From assembly GCA_030390025.1 (NCBI GenBank), contig CM059431.1, positions 120,282,001 to 120,346,000 on the forward strand: 64,000 nt of DNA, in the 5' to 3' direction. This DNA comes from Squalus acanthias. Taxonomy: Eukaryota. The position numbers and the translations under genes were made by a program. Each line of letters opens with the position of its first letter. Position 1 is the stretch's first letter. The notes below the pieces were generated by a model. The model ran no database searches. It was given only the letters and a program-made list of their open reading frames with translations, and was not told the origin of the DNA. Below are positions 39,531 through 51,855 of the stretch, piece by piece.

Positions 39531-40163
39531 AAACCCATATGGCTGCCACATGCTGTGCCAGGTTGGCACCACCCCACACCAACACCATAAAGCATTCCTA
39601 CAATGACCAAGCCATTCCTTTCACACTGACCACCATTGCTGGAGGTAACGTTATGTCTCACCATTCACTCCAACTCACTAAGCCACTTCCAAAGGTGCAC
39701 ACTAATTTGTCCAACATCAGAAAGTGGTGAAAATAAAGATTTTTATGTGTGACATCACAGTGACGGAAACTTAACAAAAGCATTGAATAAAACACCCAAG
39801 TGGCTACACTTGTGAATCTACTTGTGTGTCATCTTTCTCTTATGCATGCTTCTATGAGGTGCTACCCCTGTGGCTTAAGCAGAGGCTGCTCACTTCCCTG
39901 CTGCAACTGTTTAGACACTCTTGGCGAACGTCCTCTGGGTTTTGAAGCCTGTGATGGCCCCGCCAAAGTCTGCTCCTCCTGCGACTGTGCAGGGGCAGAC
40001 CCGGCAGTCGCTGTCCAAGGAGGCATCTGGGGCTCTGACTGACTGGGTGGCAACAGGGCAGAAGTGTGAGCACTTTGAGAGGAGCCCCCACTTCCATGTG
40101 CCCTCTCACCATCATCCCTCTCATGAGCCACCCGCACTTCCCTGCTAGCAAGGAGCTGGAGAG

Positions 40164-42240
40164 AACATAAGACCATAAGAGCATAAGAAATAAGAGCAGG
40201 AGTAGGTCATGGCCCCTTCGAGCCTGCTCCGCCATTCAATAAGATCATGGCTGATCTTCTACCTCATCCCCACTTTCCTGCACTATCTCCATATCCCTTG
40301 AGTCACTTAATATTCAAAAAGCTATAGATCTCTGTCTTGAATATACTCAACGACTGAGCCTCCACAGCCCTCTGGGGTAGAGAATTCCAAGGATTCACCA
40401 CCCTCTGAGTGAAGAAATTTCTCCTCATCTCAGTCCTAAATGTCCAACCCCTTATTCTGAGACTGTGACCCCTGGTTCTAAACTCCACAGCCAGGGGAAA
40501 CAATCTGTCAGCATCTACCCTGTCAATCCCCCTCAGAATCTTATGTTTCAATTAGATCACATTCTTCCAAACTCTGGAGAATATAGGCCTAATCTACTCA
40601 ATCTCTCCTCACAGGGCAATCCCCCCATCCCAGGAATCAGTTTGGTGAACCGTCGTTGCACTCCCTCTATGGCAAGTATATCCTTCCTTAGGTAAGGAGA
40701 CCAAAACTGTACACAATACACCAGGTGTGGTCTCACCAGGGCTTATATAATAGCAGTAAGACATCTTTACTCTTATACTCAAATCCTCTTGTAATAAAGG
40801 CCAACATACCATTTGCTTTCCTAATTGTTTGCTGCACCTGCATGTTAAATTTCAGTGATTCGTGTACAAGGACACCCAGGTCCCTCTGAACACCAACATT
40901 TCCCAATCTCTAACTATTTAAAAAATACTCTGCTTTTCTATTTTTCCTACCAAAGTGAATAACTTCACATTTCTCCACAGTATATTCCATTTGCCATGTT
41001 CTTGCCCACTCACTTAGCTTGTCTATATCCCCTTGAAGCATCCTTGCATCCTCCTCACAACTTACATTCCCACCCAGCTTTGTATCATCAGCAAACTTGG
41101 ATATATTACATTTGGTCCCCTCATCCAAATCATTGATGTAGATTGTGAATAGCTGAGGCCCAAGCACTGATCCTTGCGGTGCCCCACTAGTTACAGCCTG
41201 CCAACCCGAAAATGACCCGTTTATTTCTACTCTCTGTTTTCTGTCCATTAACCAATCCTCAATCCATGCTAGTATATTATCCCCAATCCCATGAACCCTA
41301 ATTTTGTTTAATAACCTCTTGTGTGGCACCTTATCGAATGCCTTGTGAAAATCCAAATACACCACATCCACTGGTTCCCCCTGATCTATTCTGCTAGTTA
41401 CAACCTCAAAAACTCTAACAGATTTGTCAAACATGATTTCCCTTTCATAAATCCGTGTTGACTCTGCCTAATTCTATTATTATTTTCTGTTACCGCGTCC
41501 TTAATAATAGATTCTAGCATTTTCCCTACTATTGATGTCAAGCTAACTGGTCTGTAGTTCCCCGTTTTCTCTCTCCCTCCTTTCTTAAATAGTGGGGTTA
41601 CATTTGCTACCTTCCAATCCGCAGGAACCGTTCTAGAATCTATGGAATTTTGGAAAATGACAACCAATGCATCCACTATCTCTATAGCCACCTCTTTCAA
41701 AACCCTAGGATGTAGGCCATCAGGTCCAGGGGATTTATCAGCTTTCAGTCCCATTAATTTCTTCTGTACTATTTTTTTACTAATATTAATTTCTTTCAGT
41801 TCCTCATTCTCGCCAAATCCTTGGTTGTCCACTATTTCCAGGAAGTTTTTTGCATCTTCTTCTGTGAAGACAGACAGAAAGTATTTGTTTAATTTCGCTG
41901 CCATTTCCTTATTCCCCATTATAATTTCTCCTGCCTCAGCCTGTAAGGCACCCACATTTACTTTTGCTAATCTTTTCCTTTTTACATACCTATAGAAGCT
42001 TTCACAATCTGTTTTTATGTCTCTCACTAGTTTACTCTCATATTCTATTTCCCCTTTCTTTATCAATTTTTTGGTCCTACTTTGCTGAATTCTAAAATCC
42101 ACCCAATCCTCAGACTTACTATTCCTTTTGGCAACATTATAAGCCTCTTCCTGTAATCTAATAGAGCATTTTCCAATTGTATGTTTCAATGAGATCACCT
42201 CTCATTCTTATAAACTCCATAGAGTACCTATAGACATCAG
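40164..42240 (-). mobile_element. CR1 LINE, 5'-truncated, inside Harbinger Myb exon 3
   Basis: ORFs 41398-42198 and 40910-41434 (KSPGPDGLHPRVLKE, NYRPVSLTS, SKFADDTKL). (CATAAGA)n tail. Possible AGAG duplication at the junctions. Confidence 0.95.
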
Positions 42241-43239
42241 GTAGAGCACCTTGCTGCACATCACTGGGGCCATGAGGACCCACGTCCCCTTTGACATCCC
42301 TCCTAGAGAGGAGGTGTATGAGCCTGTGCCATCTATTCTCCATAGATAGCCATCTATCCTCCATAGATAGCCATCTATTCTCCATAGAGACCATATGCTC
42401 CTGTGAGTGGCGCATTAGCTGTTCCATGCAGGTGGCCCTCCTTTCCATGGAAGAGCCTACAGTCGCCATTGCCTGCAATAAAGTGGTGCTCATGTTTGAG
42501 GTGGACTCCTTCATTCTCTGAACATTTTCAGACATCGCGCTCGTAAAACCATCAAAGCCTCCTGCACTTCTTGCTGCACCTCCAGGAAAGCCCTCTTTCT
42601 GGATGGTCCCCGAGGCTCAGTGTCTGCATGCAGCTGAGCCGAGCTGGGAGAGTCCTGCGCCCTCCGGCGAGGACTCTCCACTGTTGTCCCTGTCTCCACC
42701 ATCTGCTCTTGCTCACTTGTGAGTTGTGAGACACCAGGTGACAACACTACTCTATCTCGCGTGGCACCCACCGAGGTGTGCATATCTGCGTTGGTGCTGG
42801 GTGCGCTTATGTCTGCTGACGGTGCACCCTCAGAGGCTGCAGGCTCCTCTTAGGAGTCGTCTTCCTCTTTTTCCTGGACAATGTGGGGTTTGGGGGGTGG
42901 GGTGCATGGGGTGGTGTCGGTTCTTGATGGACTTGTGGGACAGTAAAGAGATGAGTTAGATATATCATATCAAGAATGGGTAACGATACCATTTTGCACA
43001 TGATGACCATTCACTGGCTGCTGACATCATTCCCCATATGAGTGACTGCTGTATGCCATGTAGCTGTATGATATGTAATTCTGTCACCAGGTTGCTGAGA
43101 TGTCCCCTTCTCTCCAGCTACCACCTCCAGCTGCTCGGTGACTCCCGAAACTTCTAAGGCAGCTCCCTCTGCTGTTGTTAGGGTCGCCAATGATGGCGTT
43201 CCACCTCCGGTTCTCTCCCTCTTATTGTGGGCTCTCCTT

Positions 43240-43538
43240 TCGCGGGCTTTTTTACAGAGGCCGGTGTCGGGAGTAACAGGAGAGAACAGTGAGTATTTAA
43301 ACTCACTTTCGCGGGCTTCTTTACAGAGGCTGGTGTCGGGAACAACAGGAGAGAACAGTGAGTATTTAAACTCACCTTCGGGGCTTTTTTTTACAGAGGC
43401 CGGTGTTGGGAGCAACAGGAGAGAACAGTGAGTATTTAAACTCACCTTCGCGGGCTTTTTTTCAGAGGCTGGTGTCGGGAGCAATAGGAGAGAACAGTGA
43501 GTATTTAAACACACTTTTGCGAGTTTTTTTACAGAGGC
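43240..43538 (+). repeat. Tandem repeat, four ~69-bp units plus a partial unit (CR1 5' end)
   Basis: Units start at about 43240, 43309, 43378, 43448 and 43517: TCGCGGGCTTTTTTACAGAGGC..GAGAACAGTGAGTATTTAAACTCAC. Confidence 0.95.
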
Positions 43539-43862
43539 TTACCAATCTCGCAGACTGGCGGCGGCGTTCCAGAGCCACATCACGATTCAAAAAGTGACGC
43601 GGGCAAGAGGAAGCTGATTGCACCTGGGCGGGACCGGGACCAATGTCCTAGGGTGAGTGTTTGCTAGTGCTGTTGGGGAGAGTTTAAACTAAACTGGCAG
43701 CGGGGTGGGAACCTGTGCAGGGAGACAGAGGAAAGGGAAGCAAGGATAGAAACAAAAGACAGGAAGGAGAAAAGCAAAAGTGAAAGGCAGAGAAATCAAG
43801 GGTGTAAATCAAACAGGGCTACAGTAAATAATAATTCTAAAAGGACTAAGAGTGTTAAAAAA

Positions 43863-46800
43863 CAAGCCTGAAGGCTTTGTGTCTTAATGCGAGGAGCATT
43901 CGTAATAAGGTGGATGAATTAGCTGCGCAAATAGATGTAAACGGATATGATATAATTGGGATTACGGAGATATGGCTCCAGGGTGACCAAGGCTGGGAAT
44001 TCAACATCCAGGTGTATTCAATATTCAGGAAGGACAGGCAAAAAGGAAAAGGAGGTGGGGTAGCATTGCTGGTTAAAGAGGGGATTAACACAATAGTAAG
44101 GAAGGATATTAGCTCTGATGATGTGGAATCTGTATGGGTAGAGCTGACGAATACCAAGGGGCTGAAAACATTAGTGGGACTGTATACAGACCCCCAAACA
44201 GTAATGCTGAGGTTGGGGATGGCATTAAATGGGAAATTAGAGATGCGTGCAATAAGAGCACAGCAGTTATCATGGGTGACTTTAATTTACATGTAGATTG
44301 GGCTAACCAAATTAGTAACAATGCTGTGGAGGAGGAATTCCTAGAGTGTATACGGGATGGTTTCCTGGACCAATATGTCGAGGAACCAACAAGAGCTCAG
44401 GCCATCTTAGACTGGGTATTATGTAATGAGAATGGATTAATTAGCAATCTTGTTGTGTGAGGACCCTTGGGGAGGAATGATCATAATATGATAGAATTCT
44501 TCATTAAGATGGAGAGTGAAGTAGTTGCCTCAGAGACTAGGGTCCTGAATTTAAATAAAGGAAACTACGATGGTATGAGGTGCGAGTTGGCTAGGATGGG
44601 TTGGGGAGCGTTACTTAAAGGGTTGATGGTGGATAGGCAATGGCAAACATTTAAAGACCGCATGGATGAACTGCAGAATTTGTTCATCTCAGTTTGGCAT
44701 AAAAATAAAAATAAAAAGGTGACTCAACCGTGACTAACAAGAGAAATTAGGGATAGCATAAGAGCCAAGGAGAGGACATATAAATTGGCCAGCAAAAGCA
44801 GCAAACCTGAGATTGGGAGCAGCTTAGGATTCAGGAAAGGAAGACAAAGGGATTAATTAAGAGGGGGAAAATAGAATGAGAGTAAGCTTGCAGGGAACAT
44901 AAAAACTGACTGTAAAAGCTTCTATAGATATGTGAAGAGAAAAAGATTGGTGAAGTCAAGCGTAGGTCCCTTGCAGTCAGAATCAGTGGAATTTATAATG
45001 GGGAACAAAGAAATGGCAGACCAATTAAATACATACTTTGGTTCTGTCTTCACAAAGGAGGACACAAATAACCTCCCAGAGATGTCGGGGAACATAGGAC
45101 CTAATGAGAGGGAGGAATTGAATGAAATCAGTATTTGTAGAGAAATGGTGTTAGGGAAATTGATGGGATTGAAGGCCAATAAATCCCCAGGGCCTGATAA
45201 TCTACATCCTAGGGTACTTAAGGAAGTGGCCCTAGAAATAGTAGATGAACTGCTGGTCATCTTCCAAAATTCTATTGCCTCTGGAACAGTTCCCATGGAT
45301 TAGAGGGTAGCTAATGTAACCTCACTATTTACAAAAGGTGGTAGATAGAAAACGGGGAATTATTGACCGGTAAGCCTGGCATCAGTCGTGGGGAAAATGC
45401 TAGAGTCCATTATAAAAGATGTAATAGCAGAGCACTTGGAAAACAGTGACAGGATCGGACAAGGTCAACATGGATTTACAAAAGGTAAATCATGCTTGAC
45501 TAATTTACTGGAATTTTTTGAGGATGTAACTGGTAGAATAGATAAGGGAGAATCAGTGGATGTGGTGTATTTGGACTTTCAGAAGGCTTTCGATAAGGTC
45601 CCGCATAAGAGATTAGCGTGCAAAGTTAAAGCACATGGGATTGGGGGTAAGGTACTGACTTGGATAGAGAACTGGTTGGCAGACAGGAAGCAAAGAGTTG
45701 AAATAAACGGGTCTTTTTCCGAGTGGCAGGCAGTGACTAGTGGGGTACTGCAGGGATCGGTGCTAGGACCCCAGCTATTCACAATATATATTAATGGTCT
45801 AGATGAGGGAACTAGATGTAATATCTCCAAGTTTGCAGATGACACAAAGCTGGGTGGGCGTGTGTGCTGTGAGGAGGATGCAGAGAAAATCCAGTATGAT
45901 TTGGACAGGTTGGGTGATTGGGCAGATGCATGGCAGATGCAGTATAATGTGGATAAATGAGAGGTTATCCACTTTGGTGGCAAAAACAGGAAGACAGATT
46001 ATTATCTGATAGACAATAGGTTGGGAAAAGGGGAAGTGCAATGAGACCTGGGTGTCCTTGTGCACCAGCCACTGAAGGTAAGCATGCAGGTGCAGCAGGC
46101 GGTTAAGAAGGCAAATGGTATGTTGGCCTTTACAGCGAGAGGATTCGAGTACAGGAGCAAGGATATCTTGCTGCAGTTGTACAGGGCCTTGATGAGACCA
46201 CACCTTGAGTATTGTGTGCAGTTTTGGTCACTTTATCTGAGGAAGGATGTTCTTGCCATGGAGGGAGTGCAGCGAAGATTCACCAGACTGATACCTGGGA
46301 TGGCAGGAATGACGTATGAAGAGAGATTGGGTCGATTAGGCTTATACTCGCTAGAGTTTAGAAGAATGAGAGGGGATCTCATTGAAACTTATAAAATTCT
46401 CACAGGACTAGACAGACTAGATGCAGGAAGGATGTTCCTGATGGTGGGGGAGTCCAGAACCAGGGGTCACAGTCTAATGATAAGGGGTAAGCCATTTAGG
46501 ACTGAGATGAGGAGAATTTCTTCACCCAGAGAGTGGTGAACCTGTGGAATTCTCTACCACAGAAGGCAGTTCAGGCCAATTCATTGGCCCAGAAATTTGC
46601 CTCTCCGGCTCTTACCTACTGCGCCTGCCGTTGTGTTTTGGGCCCACGGGAACTTCAGCTCCTGGTCCTGCTCCAAGAGCCGGCGCGCAGTGCTTGCGTG
46701 TCCCAGGGGCGTATTTAGTGCGATGCGTCCCCTGGGATCACGTGGGCCTTGGAGAGCCAATGGCAGCAGACCATCTTTCATTCATAGATTTGACAGGAGA

Positions 46801-47169
46801 CCTGTCAAATCTGTGAATTGAAATCGGCCCCAAAAGAACTGCTAAACTTAAAATATTTTTTTTAATAGCGTAGTTTCTTCAATACTTACCCTCGCGTAGA
46901 AACCTGACAAAAAAATCTAATTTGCTGCGTGCGCGCAGCCTCTACCGAGCACGCGGTTCAAGTAGGAACCGCCCCCTTCACCATACGCATGCGCAGTGCG
47001 TGCAGGAAACCGGCACTTCGGGATGCATTACGGGTGAGTACGGACTGTGTACTCACCCGGGAAGGGACAAATTTTTGGCCCATTAAATATATTCAAGAAG
47101 GAGTTAGATATATTTCTTAAGGCGAACAGGATCAAGGGATATGGGGAGAAAGCAGGGACAGGGTACTGA
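43863..47169 (+). pseudogene. CR1 ORF2 (APE endonuclease + reverse transcriptase), multiple stops/frameshifts
   Basis: LNARSIRNK..GITEIWL, GGGVALLVK, VYRPP, MGDFN, ILDWVL, NDHNMI, then RT motifs to KFADDTKL. Confidence 0.93.
46586..47081. mobile_element. MITE family B (496 bp) inserted in CR1
   Basis: TIR GGCCCAGAAATTTG / rc GGGCCAAAAATTTG, TSD ATT. The empty site GCCAATTCATTAAAT is seen at about 4196. Confidence 0.95.
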
Positions 47170-49204
47170 ATTTGGATGATCAGCCATGATCTCATTAAAT
47201 GGCAGAACAGGCTCGAGAGGCCGAATGGCCTACTCCTGCTCCTATCTTCTATGTTTCTATGTTGCTATGTATCCTGCAAGGAGGGAAAGAACCGAAGGTT
47301 GAGTGAGAGTGATGGAATGAGTGTAAGGACTGGATGGGTTTGATCTTTAGAGGGAGACTATGATTTAGTGGGGTGCCAAAGCCAAGTGGCCTCGTTGTGT
47401 GTTGTTAGTTGGTATGATTGCAGTAGGATGAGGGTGAGTGTGAGGGGTGGTTAGTCAGAGGGGGATGTGAGTATGTAGATAGTGAGAGAGGGATGGGTGG
47501 GTGTGCAAGGTATGTTGGTGTGAGCAAGGATGTGCAGCAGCAGGGTTGGGAAGGCAGAGTGATGGGGATGTGATGATAGGCGCAGCAGGATGAAGTTGAG
47601 TACTCACCTTTCCTGATCTAATGAGATCATTGAAGTGTTTCTGGCACTGCACCCAGGTCGTCCTGACAACATCCCTGCTGTTCACCTCCTCTGCTATTTG
47701 GAGCCAGGCTCTTTTGGTCTCCTGGGGAGGTCTCTTCCGCCCATTAGAAGGGAAGAGGTCCTCCCTGTGTGTTTTGACTCCCTCCACAAGCATATGGAGG
47801 GGAGTCATCGGAGAACCTGGGTGCAGCCATCTGTCTCTGTGCAGTCATGTTTCCAAGTCCTTGCAACAATCCAATTGTGCAGTGTGCTGCCTGCACTATC
47901 CTAGATGAACCTTCAAATGCAATGTGGCCACGGCTCCTTTAAATATCCCGGTTGAAAACGCGTCATCGATGATGTCATCAGACCTGCACCATTTAATAGG
48001 GCCGGGTAATGCGCAGGGCGGCTTTACTCGGCTCCATTAATGCAAAGTCGATTTCAGGAGCGGGATGGAATCAACAACGGGGTAGCAACTGCCCGCACCC
48101 GATCTGCCCAGGTAAACAAAATTTCGGCCACGGTACATGTGTTTCAAGGGATTCATTTATTGTTATTAGAGAGAAGTTTGTTAAAAATAAATGCAGCTTC
48201 ATTTAGCACACTTTATTAGTAATTTTACCCTCAAATTCCCCAAATTGCCATGTTAAGCACATGTGAAGTTTGAGAGTGTTATTATCTGTCAGAAATGAAT
48301 CTGATTTTTGTTTGAGTGGGTTTGAACTTCAGGTCTGCCAGCAGGAGTCAGCTTAGTTCTGAGCCAATGGGAGTCAGGTGAATGGAAGGGATGCAATCAC
48401 ATCCACGGTATCCTGAATAAATCCAATACTGATTATTTTCAAGAATGATTCACTGTACTAATTTTGCCCTTATGAAATCTAAAAGAAAAGAAATGACCAG
48501 GGAAGCTTTGTTCTGATTGATTTATGTAGTGACAACATTGATACATGCAAAAAGAAAATATTCATGATTTCACCACAAACAGCAACCAATGCTAGTCTTC
48601 CCCCAATTTCCCTTAACATACCTCAAAGAGGACAACTACAGGCTGTTTCTTAACCTAAGCCTTTATCAAGCTTCTCGCAGTCATTAACAAACCCTTGACC
48701 AACATCTTTGTTACCCTTTTGTGCCCTTATTCTCATTACATTCAATTTGGGTTGCTGGGAATCTTGATACTAATGTAATAACTGAGGATTACATAACTGT
48801 TTTGCTCTCCTGTTTAGTCACATCTAGTTTGCTCATTGGTACTCCTTCCTTGAGCTTTAAACACTGGGAAATCTACACAATCTCTATGAAGATTCTGCAA
48901 CTTGACATAAAATAGGAAGAGATTTCTTTTCATGTGGAAAGGAAAAAGAAACAACAATAATCAAAAGAAAGGCGTCAACCTGCTTGTCAATCCCAGATGC
49001 TTTAAGATCCTGTAATCTTGGCAGCCACGCCTCACTTACCAATTAAAGAGATTGTTTTCATTAACTACTATAAGGTTTGGTTGGCTTCAATGGAATTTTC
49101 TCTATTTAATTGAAATAATGTGGTACTGTATAAATGGGCAGGTCTAAGTTGAATGCATAAATATGATTATCAGTGTAAGTGTTGTACATGGAAAAACAAA
49201 CTCA

Positions 49205-49412
49205 TTGTTTTGATATAAATCTTTAAATGTGTTTGTTTTGACTGTAGCACATGCAGTAAAAGAGTAAAATTAAATTAAGCTTATCAAGTTCTACCTTATC
49301 ATGGACTCTATCTACGCCAGCTAAATAATTGCCTAATTGTACTTTTAAATTGATGTTTTTACTGCACATACACAGTCAAAATAAACACATTTGAAGATTG
49401 ATATCAAAATAA
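49205..49412. repeat. Degenerate AT-rich inverted repeat (~55-bp arms)
   Basis: TTTTGATATAAATCTTTAAATGTGTTTGTTTTGACTGT..TGCAGTAAAA pairs with TTTTACTGCA..ACAGTCAAAATAAACACATTTGAAGATTGATATCAAAA. Confidence 0.8.
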
Positions 49413-49879
49413 TTAAACATGCACTAATCAGTACAAATGGATAAATAGTCTATTAGCTTATCACAACCGTATATTATAATTTTAGAGACTGAAACATGAA
49501 TTGGCAATAAATAAGAACATAAGAATTTTTATGACCAGGGAAATGACCATTAGATCCAGTGAGCCTGTGTATTTTTTAACCTAAGAAATATAAGCATTCA
49601 AATAATGCTTTCAGATAACATATGAATACTTAATAGACTTCTGAAATTCCTTTGTTCACAGTTCTGCTGGAGGTATTATCCCATTTAAAGCAAATTAATT
49701 TACGTCTGCGGTAAAATTGTAGACACAGGAATTCCAGCTGAATACGTCAAGCAATTGTGTTATTATCCACAGCATCATTATAAGCCCATTGTGTAAAATT
49801 ATTGAAACCTGTTTGCATTGGAGAGGATTGGAGTATGGCTGTTACCTTAATCTTTAAAATGTTGAGAGGCACAGACAAT

Positions 49880-50644
49880 GGGCCGGATTTCCTGACCCCC
49901 ATGGGTGCGACGAGGTGTGCACATACCCATAGGGGCCTCGCAAGTGCCGGTTTCCAAGTGCCGGTTTCAGGCATGCAAAGCGCATGCGCTAAAACCTGGC
50001 ACTTGCGATCTGTCAAGAATTCTCTTGACAGATGATCCACCTGCCCAGGAATAGTGCCTCTGCAGGTGGAGAGCTGCGCTTTTTGCACAACTACCGCCCG
50101 CTGAAAGGCCATAGAATTCTTACACCTGGTAAAAGCAGGCGTGAGGCCTACTTTTACCAGCTTAAGAGTGTTGAAAAATAGAAAAATTAAAATTGATAAC
50201 TCATTTATAAATTTAAAATACTCTTCAAAAAGGTAAGTTTATTTTTAGCCCCATAAAAACATTTAATTCCCCCCAAAAATTAATTAATTAATTAAATGGA
50301 ATTTTTATTAATTTTAATTATGTAATTAAAAAAAAAATTATTTAATGTTTTAGTGTGTTTTTAAATGTGATCCCCATTCATACTTTTGACAGTTCTGTGC
50401 ATAGAGAACTGTCAAAAGTATGAAGGGGGATTCCCTTCTTTGATTGGTTCGCCTGGCCCACGTGATCCCAGGGACGCTTGCGAACCGCATGCGCCTCTGG
50501 GATACCTGGGCCTCTGCGCATTTCCAACAGGAGAGGCCCAGGATCGGAAGCCTCGGGATCTACGGAACCAGCAGGTAGGTTCGTAGATTTATTTCCATCG
50601 GAGGCATCCGCCCGCAGGAAACCTCTGATCGGAAATTCAGGGCC
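49880..50644. mobile_element. MITE family B (765 bp)
   Basis: TIR GGGCCGGATTTCC / rc GGCCCTGAATTTCC, flanks AAT/ATT. Confidence 0.88.
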
Positions 50645-51855
50645 ATTATGAATGTGAGCAGGCTATTTGACTTAGGCTGTGGGCTCAGAACCAGAGGACG
50701 GAGCTTTAAAAATGAACACACTACGAGCAATTAAAGATGAAAAGATTTTGTTTTTGCCCCAGTGTAGTAGAAATGTAGATGAGACTCCAAGCATATATAA
50801 GGCTGTGATCATCAATTGCTTCAAAAAAAATGGATCGATGTTTGTTTGCGAATAGGATCAAAGGTCATAGGGATAGGTATAGACTGAGATAATTGAATAC
50901 TCACTCGGCAGAAAAGTTTCTCTGGTGTTGGAGACGCATGATGGGTGGGCATGTTATCCTTGGAAAATAGTAGGGCAGGATTAAGCAAAGAAAATGTGGG
51001 GATAGACAGATATTCTATCATTTTGAGTGATTACCATGGGGATCTGGAAATATTAAGGAAGAACTTTCTCTTGGGAGATTAATTAGCTACAGTAGTCCAT
51101 GATAAGGTAGAACTTGGTGAATTTAATGGCCTATTCTGATCCCTTGCTTTTTTTAATATTCTTCCAGTTAAGTAGCTTGCTGACACTATCCCAGCTCACA
51201 TAATGAGGAATCTCAGTATGGGTGAGAAATCAAAGATCTGTTTTTTGCCTGTGGAACTGCAGACCAAAATGAATCACCGACTTCAGAAGAGGAATAGAAG
51301 GGATTTTTTTTTTAAAGGGAATATTAAAAGAAAAGAAGTATTTGAAGATGAGACTGGGTACACAGTGTAAAATGTTACATCTATCACCAATTTATCCTCC
51401 CCTACAAAGAAAGAACAAGTCTGCTTACATATCAAACTGCCCAGTTTTGTGTAGTGTTAGTGTTTATTTTCCTCTGTTGGCATATGAAAGTATAAAATGT
51501 GTTTAGACATTTTATATTCGAACAGACACTTTCACTCCCATTGTTGACCAAAGGAAAATATATCTGATTGAAAAGTATTATTTCTGGTGGTTGGGTGATA
51601 CAGTGAATTAGTCCACCACCCTGTCCTGTATGAAATTAATTTTGGCAGCCCCCAATTCAGTCAGGGTTGCCAACTTTGCTTGGACGTATTCCTGGCGGTT
51701 TCATCACGCCATTCCAACCAGCCCACCCAGTCAAACAGCCTGTTTTCCCATCTTCAATATTTTTATAATTAATAAACACATGTTTAAAGAAAATTTAAAA
51801 ACAAAAATTAAGAAATGTTAATGCCCCTGTGCGGTTGGGATTAAGAAATTAAGGG

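Larger units (their letters stand above)
43240..47270 (+). mobile_element. Near full-length CR1 LINE with ORF1 largely deleted
   Basis: 5' tandem repeats, ORF1 C-terminal stub LHLGGTGTNVLG*VFASAVGESLN*, ORF2 APE+RT, (TTCTATGT)n tail. Confidence 0.93.
39820..47848 (-). pseudogene. Harbinger Myb/SANT-like (NAIF1/MSANTD-type) gene, disrupted
   Basis: Exon 1 47848-47608 (APRFSDD..AWLQIAEEVN..RTTWVQCQKHFNDL, GTGAGT donor). Exon 2 split by CR1 at 43240-47270. Exon 3 split by CR1 at 40164-42240. Confidence 0.85.
37750..48130. mobile_element. Two-gene PIF/Harbinger transposon carrying two nested CR1 insertions
   Basis: TIRs TGGCTGGAATTTT / rc TGGCCGAAATTTT. Convergent transposase (+) and Myb/SANT (-) genes. 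TSD not clean. Confidence 0.9.

Noticed and set aside
43011..43514. 167-aa repetitive ORF fused to Myb exon 2
   Set aside because: Antisense read-through of the CR1 5' tandem repeat into the interrupted exon, with a non-ATG start and no evidence of function.
43240..43538. CRISPR-like array
   Set aside because: Units are head-to-tail with no unique spacers, no cas genes, and the context is a eukaryotic LINE.
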